From Bryobacterales bacterium (GTDB lineage: Bacteria > Acidobacteriota > Terriglobia > Bryobacterales > UBA6623): a stretch of 64,000 nucleotides of DNA. Shown here piece by piece: positions 19,635 to 28,855 of this stretch. The stretch's first letter is position 1. Every line of letters starts with the position of its first letter. The translations under genes were made by a program, and so were the position numbers. The notes beneath the pieces were generated by a model that saw only the letters and a program-made list of their open reading frames with translations, was not told the origin of the DNA and did no database searches. Location of the stretch: assembly GCA_965263255.1 (NCBI GenBank), contig CBDHHA010000008.1:2945399-3009398 (forward strand), given 5' to 3'.

Positions 19635-20690
19635 CTAGTCGTCATCTGTCTTGCCGAGAGCATCGGCCTCCAGGATCCGCGCGCCCCGCAGGATGCCCCC
19701 GAACGAGTAGTTGGCCTCGTGGCACGCGTACTCGTAGACCCTGCTCTGCGTGGAGGGCCAGACGTACTCGCCGCTCCAGGACCGTGTCCAGACGGCCGGG
19801 TCCTCGACGGTGAAGCTGTACAGGAGAGTCTTGTCGTCAATGCGCTTGAAGCGCTCGACGACATGAAGGCTGCTCGTCGCCCCGGACAGCGCGGGCCGGT
19901 CGCTGAAGTTGGTCGTGTCGACGACAAGAGTGTCTCCCTCCCAGCGGCCGACGGAGTCTCCCAGCCAGCTGCGCACGTCGGGCGGCGCGTGTTCCGCGTT
20001 CATGCGGATGATCCGTGCGTCATGAACCATCTCGACGAGAATCATGACGTGGTCGTCCGTCTGGACGATCCGCTTGAGGTTGTTGTACAGCACTGGCAGC
20101 ATCGGCGGCCCGCCGGTCGAGCCGAATCCCAGCAGGCAGCGCTCCGCCAGGGGCCGTAGCTCGGGGTCGTCGTAAGGCCCCGGCTCGAGGCCCTCCTCGA
20201 TCCACCACGCCACCCCCTTGTTGGGGCGGTACCGCTTGGCCCGCTCAGCAGCGGCCTTCTTCCCGCCCGGCGTGAGCTCGGGCCTGCGCCCGTTCGGCGG
20301 GTCGGTGATGATCGAGGTGCGCCACTTCCCGTCGATCCGGAACGCACCCGCGCCGCGGTCGATCCAGAACGCGTTGTAGCCCCCTACGTTCCCGGCCGCT
20401 CCTGTCGAGCCGTCGCCGCCTTCGGGTGGCGCTTCCCTTTCGGGGTCCGTTGCGGCGTTGCGCTGGGCTAGGTACTCGGCCTCCTTACGGGCGATCGCCT
20501 CGGCCTCCTCGTCGGTAAGGGTCAGCTTGTCTCCGTAGCGCGCGGGACGCTGCAGCGGCGTCAGGGTGGCAATGTCGTAGGTGCCCGACAGGTCGGGGTG
20601 TCCGGATGGCGTCCGAGGGATGTCCTCGGCCGCGAGCGGGGCGATGGCGAAGGCCAGCCCGCAGAGCGCGGTCAGGAAATGATGCAGCAT
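19635..20690 (-). CDS. Hypothetical secreted protein (paralogue of 20823-21662)
   Basis: ATG at 20690 gives the signal peptide 'MLHHFLTALCGLAFAIAPLAA'. Shares 'GDSVGRWEGDTLVVDTTNF...LHVVERF...EDPAVWTRSW' with the next gene. Confidence 0.6.
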   Translation of the reverse strand: MLHHFLTALCGLAFAIAPLAAEDIPRTPSGHPDLSGTYDIATLTPLQRPARYGDKLTLTDEEAEAIARKEAEYLAQRNAATDPEREAPPEGGDGSTGAAGNVGGYNAFWIDRGAGAFRIDGKWRTSIITDPPNGRRPELTPGGKKAAAERAKRYRPNKGVAWWIEEGLEPGPYDDPELRPLAERCLLGFGSTGGPPMLPVLYNNLKRIVQTDDHVMILVEMVHDARIIRMNAEHAPPDVRSWLGDSVGRWEGDTLVVDTTNFSDRPALSGATSSLHVVERFKRIDDKTLLYSFTVEDPAVWTRSWSGEYVWPSTQSRVYEYACHEANYSFGGILRGARILEADALGKTDDD

Positions 20691-20822
20691 GGCACGTGCT
20701 CCCTTTCTGGTTTCTGGTTCGGTCCGCATGGCGGGCAGGCTCTCCGAGCCTGCGCGGTTGCCCGGGCGATCGGGAAAGGACAGGTGGCCTGGTCGCTTGC
20801 GGTTCACTGCGGTTACCGGTGG

Positions 20823-21662
20823 CTACCTCTCCAGGGGCTTGCGACGGTACTCGCCGTAGATCAGCTCCTCGACGAACTCGACGCACTTGAAATCCATGAG
20901 GCGGGCGTCTTCCTCCATCCGCCGGTACAGCGGCAGGGAAATCCTCCAAGGGCGCGTGAAGACTTCCGGGTCCTCGATCTCGGCCTCGTAACGGATATGG
21001 TAGGGCGAGGTGAGCGTGTACCGCTCGACAACCCGGAGCTGGTTGCTGTGGTGGGTCCCGGAGCGGTCGAACCAGGTCTGGTCGCTCTGCCCGGTCACCT
21101 CGACAACGAGGGTGTCTTCCTCCCAGCGGCCGACAGACTGGCCCATCCAGGAGTCGGTCTCGGCAGGCCCCACGTCCTTCATATAGATCTCGCGGACAGC
21201 GCCGGCGAACTCGTACGCGATGAAGACCGAGCTCTCGTTCTGGAGGATCTGGAACGGGAACGGCATGTAAGTGGCGCGCGGCACGCCGGGGAGATAGCAC
21301 TTGATTTCCGGATCGCGCTCGATCCATCGGGCGCGGTTCTCGTCCCGCTTCGCCGCCGCTTCCGGCTTGTAGGGGATCTTGCCGCCTTCGACGATCCCCA
21401 TCCCGCCGGGCACGGAGCCGACGGCGCCGAGGGCCAGGACAGGCACCGCCGGAAGCGGACCGTGCGGCCCCTCTCGCAGCATCATGGAATGCCGGGCCAC
21501 GTGGCGTTCGATGTCGAAATGCGCCGAGCTGTTGGCCTGCCAGATCCCGTTCAGGTCCGGCGTGCCGTTCGCGAGCCTCTTGGGCTCGAAGTCCGGGGAC
21601 TGCCCGGCGACGGAAAAGGCAAGCCCGGCAAGTGCCATGGCCAGCGTCACGAATCGCGTCAC
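20823..21662 (-). CDS. Hypothetical secreted protein (paralogue of 19635-20690)
   Basis: Start is GTG 21662 or ATG 21638, giving the signal peptide 'VTRFVTLAMALAGLAFSVAG'. Shares 'GQSVGRWEEDTLVVEVTG...LRVVERY...EDPEVFTRPW' with the previous gene. Confidence 0.6.
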   Translation of the reverse strand: MTRFVTLAMALAGLAFSVAGQSPDFEPKRLANGTPDLNGIWQANSSAHFDIERHVARHSMMLREGPHGPLPAVPVLALGAVGSVPGGMGIVEGGKIPYKPEAAAKRDENRARWIERDPEIKCYLPGVPRATYMPFPFQILQNESSVFIAYEFAGAVREIYMKDVGPAETDSWMGQSVGRWEEDTLVVEVTGQSDQTWFDRSGTHHSNQLRVVERYTLTSPYHIRYEAEIEDPEVFTRPWRISLPLYRRMEEDARLMDFKCVEFVEELIYGEYRRKPLER

Positions 21663-22084
21663 GTCACAAAGTACCCTACCATGCCCGGCCCGTCCGCCAC
21701 CCGGGATGCCGGGCACTGATCCGAGCGCCTGGACTGGCGGGGCAGGGCAGGGTCGGACTGGAGGCCGTCCACGGATCAAAGGAGCAGCCTTGCGGGCGGG
21801 GTACGGCATCGCCGCCCGCCCGCCAGTCGCCCACGTTGCGCGCCGACCTTCGGCGTGATCAACAGCAGCCACCCTGGCAGAATCGTGCAGTTCGGGCTCG
21901 AACTCTACTTCTAGAGCAGCCCTGGCAGCCTGTTCGGGTGCGCGCGGAATCGCAGAGTCGATCGTTGCCAAGGCCATGCGGGGCAGCTAGACTGTCTGGT
22001 GCGAAGCCCCTCCGGTTCCCCCGGGCGCGGCCAGCGAGGCCGTATCCCCGGTCGGTCCGGACGGCGCTTGGGTCAGATACCGGG

Positions 22085-25000
22085 TTGCGTCACTCTATCG
22101 CGCTGGCAGTCCTGGTCGGCGCCGCCGCAATGCCAGGCAGCGCCCTCGCGGCAGTGCACCCCGCCACCGAGGTTGTGGCCCGCCGCTGCCTTCCGTGCCA
22201 CGGCCCCGCGCAGCGGATGGGGGGGCTGGACCTGTCCTCGCGACAAGGCGCGCTGGCCGGCGGGGCCCGCGGGCCAGCGATCGCGCCGGCAGACCCCGCG
22301 GCGAGCCTCCTGCTAGCGCGGGTGCTGGCCGAGGAGATGCCGCCGGGCTCGCCCCTGCCGGCCGAGGACAAGCGGCTCCTGCACGAGTGGATCGCCGCCG
22401 GAGCGGAGTGGCCCGGCGTCATCGCCGGTCGCCGGGCCGGGCCGGACTGGTGGTCACTGCAACCCCTGCGCGAACCCGCCCCGCCCCCGGCTGCTTCCGT
22501 CCCGGCAGGATGGAGCGAGTCGCCGATCGACCGCTGGATCTACGCCGCGCTCCAAGCGAAGGGCCTTCGGCCTTCTCCCGCAGCCGAGCGCCGGGACCTG
22601 ATCCGGCGGGTCTCGCTCTCCCTTACCGGCCTTCCCCCGGACCCCGGGGAGTTGAAGGCCTTCCTGGCTGATCATTCGCCCGGCGCCTACGAGAGGCTCG
22701 TGGACCGGCTGCTGGCGTCCCCCCGGTACGGAGAGCGCTGGGCCCGCCACTGGCTGGACGTTGTCCGGTTCGCCGAGAGCGAGGGCTTCGAGCGGGATCT
22801 GCCCCGGGACCATGCGTGGCCGTACCGCGACTACGTGATCCGCAGCTTCAACCAGGACAGGCCCTACCTGCGGTTCGCCAGGGAACAGATCGCCGGCGAC
22901 GTGATCGAACCCGTCACCCGGGACGGAGTCGCTGCGACCGCAATGCTGACTCTCGGCCCGGTGGATGCCATCGGGCTCACCTCGGCCGTTCCCGAAGAGC
23001 GCGCTGCGGTGCGCGAGGATCTCCTGGAGGAGATGCTGGGCACGGTCACCCAGGCATTCCTAGGCCTGACAGTGAACTGCGCCCGCTGCCACGACCACAA
23101 GTTCGACCCGATCAGCCAGGAGGAGTACTACCGCATGAAGGCCGCGTTCCAAGCGGTCTGGCCGCCTACCAAGCCGGTGCCCAGCGCGGGGCTCGACGCG
23201 CTCTTCCCGCACGGCCGGCCGCTGATGTCGGGCGCGGATCGCCGGGACCGCGAGACACGCATCCGGCGGATCGAGAGCCGCTTGCAGCAGATCGAGTCGG
23301 AGACCGGCGGGCTCTACCGAGCCGCCAGACCGGCCGGACCCGAGCGCGAGGCGCCCCGGCCCTTCGCCCGCTGGACGTTTGACACGGACGGCCGGGCCGA
23401 CTTCGCACCGCTCCACCTGGCTCGCGTGGGGCCGGTGCAGCTGGATGCCGGCTCGTTCGGGCTACGCGTGCCCCGCGTGCGGGAGACAGAAGGCACCGGA
23501 CCGGCAGAGGAGGAACCGGAATCGGGGTCCGGCGTGGGCGTCAGCAAGAGGCTGGCCGCCGACATCCGGGAGAAGACGCTCGAGGTCTGGCTCGACGTGC
23601 GGGGCGTACCGGCGAAGGCGGAGACGGTGATGGAAATCCGGGGCCTGAGCGGCTACCGGGGCGCCTCGGTGGACGGAATCCAATACATGGGCGGGGACAC
23701 CCCGCGCTGGGAGAACTTCTCGATCGGCCGATTCAGGTCCCAGGATCCCGGAGCGGGGCCCGAGGAACTCGAGCCCGGCCAGCGGATTCACATCGCGATC
23801 TCGTATGCCGCGGACGGGACGATCCAGCTGTTCCGCGACGGGCGGCCCCTAGGCGAGCCGTACAGGCCGGACGGCGGGATCCCGGCAGGCCGGCTCCAGG
23901 CCTACGGGGCCGGCGACTCCGTGGTGCGATTCCCGGCAAGCCGGCACTTGCGCGTCGCCGAGGCCCGGCTTTACAGCATCCCCCTGACTGCGGCGCAGGT
24001 CCGGGATTCCTGGACGGCGGGAATCGAGGACCACGCCCCGGAAGCCCTCCGGAACCGCATGGCGCCCGGGCAGCGGGACCGGCTGGCATCCCTGGAAGGC
24101 GAGCGCGAGCGCCTCGCCGAGGAGCGCAGGGCGATCCCGGAGCCCGAGCTGGTTCATGCGGCGACGATCCGGGACGGCGAGCCTACCCATTTGCTGCTCC
24201 GCGGGTCGGTCAGCCAGCCGGGCAAGAGGGTCTGGCCGGCCGGACTGGAATGCGTGCAGGGCCTGCCGGCCGACTTCGGGCTCGACCGCGGCGCTTCCGA
24301 GGCCGAGCAGCGCCGGGCGATGGCGGAGTGGATCGCCAGCCCGGCGAACCCGCTTTTCCCCCGGGTGATCGCCAATCGCGTCTGGCACTGGCACTTCGGC
24401 AGCGGATTTGTCGCCAACCCGAGCGACTTCGGCTACAACGGCGGGCAGCCCAGCCATCCTCAGCTGCTGGACTGGCTGGCATCCGAGCTGGTGAGGAACG
24501 GCTGGAGCCTCAAGGCCCTGCACAGGCGGATACTGCTGTCCCGCACCTACCGGCAGGCGTCCCGGTTCGACGCGAGGGCGGCCTCGCTGGATGCGGACAA
24601 CCGGCTGCTGTGGCGTTTCACCCCCCGGCGCATGGAAGCCGAGTCCGTGCGCGACGCGATCCTTGCGGTGAGCGGTGACCTCAACCGAGAGATGCACGGG
24701 CCGAGCTTCCGGCCCTTCGAATTCGGCGAGAGGCGCGGAAGCCTACGCAGCTACGTACTCACGGGCGACGACTCCCCGGCACTGCGCAGGCGCACGGTCT
24801 ACCGGATGAATGTCATCACGGGCGGGGATCCGCTGCTGGAGGCCCTGGACTGCCCGCTCCCTTCCACGAAGACACCTCAGCGGCGCTCGACCACGACGGC
24901 CATGCAGGCGCTGAGCCTGATGAACAATGCATTCGTCGACGCCCGGGCCGAGGGCTTCGCCGCCCGGCTGCGTCGCGAGGCTCCCGATCCGCCCGGGCAG

Positions 25001-25144
25001 GTGCGGCGGGCGTTCGAACTGGCCCTGGGGCGCGTGCCCGGCCCTCGCGAGATGGCGGCAAGCCTTGGTCTCGTCCGAGCGAGCGGGCTCGAGTCCCTCT
25101 GCTGGGGGCTCTTCAACACGAGCGAGTTCCTGTATGTCCGCTAG
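22085..25144 (+). CDS. PSCyt1/DUF1549/DUF1553 domain protein
   Basis: TTG 22085 gives the signal peptide '(M)RHSIALAVLVGAAAMPGSALA'. Contains 'CLPCHG' and 'CARCHDHKFDPISQEEYYRMKAAF'. The C-terminal DUF1553 region ends 'FNTSEFLYVR'. The first ~150 codons of the track ORF are an extension. Confidence 0.85.
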   Translation: MRHSIALAVLVGAAAMPGSALAAVHPATEVVARRCLPCHGPAQRMGGLDLSSRQGALAGGARGPAIAPADPAASLLLARVLAEEMPPGSPLPAEDKRLLHEWIAAGAEWPGVIAGRRAGPDWWSLQPLREPAPPPAASVPAGWSESPIDRWIYAALQAKGLRPSPAAERRDLIRRVSLSLTGLPPDPGELKAFLADHSPGAYERLVDRLLASPRYGERWARHWLDVVRFAESEGFERDLPRDHAWPYRDYVIRSFNQDRPYLRFAREQIAGDVIEPVTRDGVAATAMLTLGPVDAIGLTSAVPEERAAVREDLLEEMLGTVTQAFLGLTVNCARCHDHKFDPISQEEYYRMKAAFQAVWPPTKPVPSAGLDALFPHGRPLMSGADRRDRETRIRRIESRLQQIESETGGLYRAARPAGPEREAPRPFARWTFDTDGRADFAPLHLARVGPVQLDAGSFGLRVPRVRETEGTGPAEEEPESGSGVGVSKRLAADIREKTLEVWLDVRGVPAKAETVMEIRGLSGYRGASVDGIQYMGGDTPRWENFSIGRFRSQDPGAGPEELEPGQRIHIAISYAADGTIQLFRDGRPLGEPYRPDGGIPAGRLQAYGAGDSVVRFPASRHLRVAEARLYSIPLTAAQVRDSWTAGIEDHAPEALRNRMAPGQRDRLASLEGERERLAEERRAIPEPELVHAATIRDGEPTHLLLRGSVSQPGKRVWPAGLECVQGLPADFGLDRGASEAEQRRAMAEWIASPANPLFPRVIANRVWHWHFGSGFVANPSDFGYNGGQPSHPQLLDWLASELVRNGWSLKALHRRILLSRTYRQASRFDARAASLDADNRLLWRFTPRRMEAESVRDAILAVSGDLNREMHGPSFRPFEFGERRGSLRSYVLTGDDSPALRRRTVYRMNVITGGDPLLEALDCPLPSTKTPQRRSTTTAMQALSLMNNAFVDARAEGFAARLRREAPDPPGQVRRAFELALGRVPGPREMAASLGLVRASGLESLCWGLFNTSEFLYVR

Positions 25145-26540
25145 CCGCTCACGCCGGCGCTGGATGCTCGACGCCGCAGGGGGATTCGGGTGGATGGCCC
25201 TGGCAGCGATGCTGTCCGGGGAGGCTCCCGGCTCGCCGACGGGCGCGACGCCCCGGCACGACGCCGCGCGTTTTCGGCCGCGCGCCAAGCGCGTGATCCA
25301 GATCTTCGCCGTCGGCGGAATGAGCCACGTGGACACCCTGGACTACAAGCCCGAGCTGGAGCGCCGGGACGGCGCCCCCTACTCGATGCCGACGTTCTTC
25401 GGACAGGGAGGAAACCTGCGCGGCCCCGCCTGGCGGTTCCGCCAGCGCGGGGAAAGCGGAATCTGGGTGAGCGACTTGCTGCCGGGCCTGGCCCGCCAGG
25501 CGGACCGGCTCACCGTCGTCCGCAGCATGGTGTCGAAGAGCGCGAACCACATGCCGGCAGTGGCGCAGATGAACACTGGATTCATCCTGACGGGCTTTCC
25601 GGCCATGGGCGCTTGGGTGAGCTACGCGCTGGGCTCGGAGAACGAGAACCTGCCCTCCTTCGTCGTCCTCCCGGATCCGAACAGCCATCCGTGGGGCGGC
25701 TCGGCCCAGTGGACCAACGGGTTCCTGCCGGCCGCCGTGCAGGGCACCGCATTCCGGACGCACGGCGGGGGTGCTCCGGTGCCGGACATCGCGCCGCCGC
25801 CCGAATCCCGGCCGGGCGCCCAGGAAGCGGCCCTGGCATGGCTCCGGGAGAGGAACACCGAGTACGCCCGCCGCCATCCCGGCGACTCGAGCCTGGAGGC
25901 CCGGATCCGCAGCTACGAGGTGGCGGCCGGGATGCAGGTGAGCATTCCGAGAATCGCCGATCTGGACAGCGAGCCGGAACTGATGAGGGAACTCTACGGC
26001 TACGGCGAGGAGGCAACCGCGGACTTGGCGCGGAACTGCCTGCTGGCCCGGCGGCTGGTGGAGCGTGGCGTCCGATTCGTGCAGGTCTATCACGGGGGCG
26101 CAGGGAAGAGCTGGGACGCCCACTCCAATCTCGTGAGCAACCACGAGAAGATGGCTCGGGAATACGACCGCCCAGTCGCCGGACTGCTCGAGGACCTGCG
26201 CAGCCGCGGCCTGCTGGAGGACACGCTGGTGATGGGAGTGACCGAGTTCGGGAGGACCCCGGTGTCGCAGGGCACCGGAGAGACCGCGGGCCGGGACCAC
26301 CATCCCCACTGTTTCAGCTGCTGGCTGGCGGGAGGCGGGACGAGACCCGGGTTCCTGTACGGGGAGTCCGACGATCTCGGGTACGAGCCCGCGAGCGCCC
26401 CGGTCACCATCTACGACCTGCACGCCACCGCACTGCGTTTGCTGGGGCTCGATCACGAGCGGCTGACGTTCTATCACAATGGCATCGACCGCCGGCTCAC
26501 CGACGTGCACGGCCGCGTCGTCGAGGAACTGATCGCCTAG
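25134..26540 (+). CDS. DUF1501 domain protein (Tat-leader)
   Basis: ATG 25134 begins 'MSASRSRRRWMLDAAGGFGWMALAAML' (twin-arginine). Contains 'TEFGRTP' and 'GRDHH'. Overlaps the upstream DUF1553 gene by 11 nt. Confidence 0.85.
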   Translation: MSASRSRRRWMLDAAGGFGWMALAAMLSGEAPGSPTGATPRHDAARFRPRAKRVIQIFAVGGMSHVDTLDYKPELERRDGAPYSMPTFFGQGGNLRGPAWRFRQRGESGIWVSDLLPGLARQADRLTVVRSMVSKSANHMPAVAQMNTGFILTGFPAMGAWVSYALGSENENLPSFVVLPDPNSHPWGGSAQWTNGFLPAAVQGTAFRTHGGGAPVPDIAPPPESRPGAQEAALAWLRERNTEYARRHPGDSSLEARIRSYEVAAGMQVSIPRIADLDSEPELMRELYGYGEEATADLARNCLLARRLVERGVRFVQVYHGGAGKSWDAHSNLVSNHEKMAREYDRPVAGLLEDLRSRGLLEDTLVMGVTEFGRTPVSQGTGETAGRDHHPHCFSCWLAGGGTRPGFLYGESDDLGYEPASAPVTIYDLHATALRLLGLDHERLTFYHNGIDRRLTDVHGRVVEELIA

Positions 26541-26801
26541 GGCGGGGTGCATGCGGCACCTTCGCGCGGCACCTCCGCCCCGCGCCCGGCCGCGGAATGC
26601 CGGCATCACGCGGGCGCCGCACCGGCATGCCGCTTCCGCTGGCGGCGCCGGGCAGCGACCGTTCCGCGGCGACAGGGGCCGAAACCGCTCACGCGCCAGC
26701 CCGGGAAGCGCGTCCCAATCCAAGGCTTCCCGGCGGTCAGCGCGGCGTCCGGCACTGGCTGCGTAACGGGGCGGCGCTCGGGACAGTCCAACCTGTCGAC
26801 C

Positions 26802-27638
26802 TTGAAGCTGTGGGCCATATCGGACGTGCACATGTCGCACGCGGCCAACCGGGAGGCGGTCGAGCGGATGCCCGCGTATCCGGACGACTGGCTGCTGCTG
26901 GCCGGCGATGTCACGCATGGCCTCGACGCATTCGCAAAGGGGCTGGAACTGCTGGCGTCGAAGTTCAAGCAGGTTGTCTGGGCGCCGGGCAACCACGAGC
27001 TCTGGACGGCCGACGGCAGCGCCGGCGAGTTGCGGGGCGAGCCGCTGTACCACTCGCTGGTCGCAGTCGCCCGCGACCACGGGGTGATGACACCTCTGGA
27101 CCCCTACCCGGTGTTCCCGCATCCGAGCGGTGACATTCTCATCGCGCCGCTGTTCCTGCTGTACGACTACAGCTTCCGCCCGGACCATGTCCGCGCCGAC
27201 GAGGTGGTGAGGTGGGCACGGGAGCAGCGCAGCGTGTGCGCGGACGAATACTGGCTCCCGTCCGACCCTTTCCGCAATCGCGGCTCCTGGTGCGCGGCGC
27301 TGTGCGAGGAGGCCTCGGCGCGCCTGGCCGCGTGCCCTCGAGACATCCCCAAGGTGTTGGTCAACCATTACCCGCTCGAGGAGGAGCGCGCTGTCCTTCC
27401 CGGAGTCCCGCGCCTGTCCCCTTGGTGCGGGACCCGGCGAACCCGCGGCTGGCACACCCGTTTCAACGCCTGCGCGGTGGTGTACGGCCACTTGCATGTG
27501 CGCGGAACGTGGTGGCTCGACGGGGTGCCGTTCCAAGAGGTGTCGCTGGGCTACCCCCGCGACTGGGACCCGCAGCAGGGCGTGAGCACTTACCTCCGCG
27601 AGGTCAAGGTCGCAACGCCGCGAAACGCGAGCGTGTGA
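26802..27638 (+). CDS. Metallophosphoesterase (calcineurin-like)
   Basis: TTG 26802 gives '(M)KLWAISDVHMSH', followed by 'LLLAGDVTHG' and 'APGNHE'. The upstream part of the track ORF is Arg/Ala-rich with no similarity. Confidence 0.7.
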   Translation: MKLWAISDVHMSHAANREAVERMPAYPDDWLLLAGDVTHGLDAFAKGLELLASKFKQVVWAPGNHELWTADGSAGELRGEPLYHSLVAVARDHGVMTPLDPYPVFPHPSGDILIAPLFLLYDYSFRPDHVRADEVVRWAREQRSVCADEYWLPSDPFRNRGSWCAALCEEASARLAACPRDIPKVLVNHYPLEEERAVLPGVPRLSPWCGTRRTRGWHTRFNACAVVYGHLHVRGTWWLDGVPFQEVSLGYPRDWDPQQGVSTYLREVKVATPRNASV

Positions 27639-27721
27639 GCCCGGCGGCGCTTCCCCGGCCCCGGTGTACAATCGCGGATCGTCACGGCCGGTTGGGCGCA
27701 ACCCTCCGCCGTGCGTGGCAA

Positions 27722-28855
27722 ATGAGGGTCCTAGTCTCTGCGGGCGAGGCTTCGGGCGATGCCTACGCTGCGAGCCTTATTGCGGCTCTAAGGCGGCTGA
27801 TCCCCGATGCGCAATTCGTGGGGTGCGGAGGTCCTCGCATGAGGGAGGCCGGCGTGCGCGCCGTGGTCCGTGCGGAGGACCTCGCCGTGGTCGGCCTGTT
27901 CGAGGTCGCACGCCACATCCCGCGCATCCACGGGCTCTTCCGCAAGCTCGTTGCGGCGGCAGAGAGCCTGAAGCCTGATCTCGCAATCCTGACGGACGCT
28001 CCGGACTTCCACCTGCGGCTCGCGAAGAAGCTGCGCGCGATGGGGGTACCGATCGTCTACTACGTGGCTCCGCAGGTTTGGGCATGGCGGCGCCATCGAA
28101 TCCGGGCGATCCGGCGGCTGGTCGACCAGCTGCTGGTGATCTTCCCGTTCGAGGAGGAGTACTTCCGGAGCCGTGGCGTCGACGCTTTGTTCGTGGGGCA
28201 CCCGCTCAGCGACCTCGCCGGAACCGACCTGACGAGGACCGAGTTCTTCGTACGGCACGGCCTGGACGCGGGCCAGCGCTTGGTTGCGCTGCTGCCCGGC
28301 AGCCGGAAGAGCGAGTCGGCACGGCACCTGCCGGCCTTGCAGGATGCGACCGAGCGGCTGGCTGAGTCGGGCGTGCGCCAGTTCGTGCTGCCGGCGTCCG
28401 CCACGACCGGGAAGGCGTTCTTCGAGGAGCGGTGGGAAGGGCCGCCGGTCCGCATCTTGGAGGGCGGGGCTCGGGAGTGCGTCGGTCACGCGGACGTGGC
28501 TCTGGTGGCCAGCGGCACCGCGACGGTCGAGACCGCGATTCTTGGAACGCCGCTCGTGACGTTCTACCGGCTCTCCTGGCCAAGCTACTGGCTGGCTCGA
28601 ATGCTGGTCGACGTCCCGTTCTACAGCATGGTGAACCTGCTGGCCGGCAAGTCCGTCATCGCCGAGTGCATCCAGCACGACTGCGAGGGTGCGAAACTAG
28701 CCGAAGAGGCGATACGTCTCCTCAGTAGGGAGAGTGATCGATGCCGAATGATCGAGGAACTAGCACAGGTCCGGGCGGCGCTCCGGACCGGGTTGCCCGC
28801 GTCCGAGCGGGCCGCCAGGGCCATCGCGGACCGCTTCGGGCCGGAGGGGACTTGA
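27722..28855 (+). CDS. lpxB: Lipid-A-disaccharide synthase
   Basis: ATG 27722 begins 'MRVLVSAGEASGDAYAASLIAALRRL', followed by '...YYVAPQVWAWR...'. This is the canonical LpxB N-terminus and core. Confidence 0.9.
   Translation: MRVLVSAGEASGDAYAASLIAALRRLIPDAQFVGCGGPRMREAGVRAVVRAEDLAVVGLFEVARHIPRIHGLFRKLVAAAESLKPDLAILTDAPDFHLRLAKKLRAMGVPIVYYVAPQVWAWRRHRIRAIRRLVDQLLVIFPFEEEYFRSRGVDALFVGHPLSDLAGTDLTRTEFFVRHGLDAGQRLVALLPGSRKSESARHLPALQDATERLAESGVRQFVLPASATTGKAFFEERWEGPPVRILEGGARECVGHADVALVASGTATVETAILGTPLVTFYRLSWPSYWLARMLVDVPFYSMVNLLAGKSVIAECIQHDCEGAKLAEEAIRLLSRESDRCRMIEELAQVRAALRTGLPASERAARAIADRFGPEGT

Noticed and set aside
21871-21935. 'CCCTGGCAG...TTCGGG' motif occurring twice upstream of the second PSCyt gene; sigma-54-like 'CTGGCAGaatcgTGCA'
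   Set aside because: The GG-to-GC spacing is 9 rather than 10 nt and the -12 element is off-consensus. The evidence is too weak to call a promoter.
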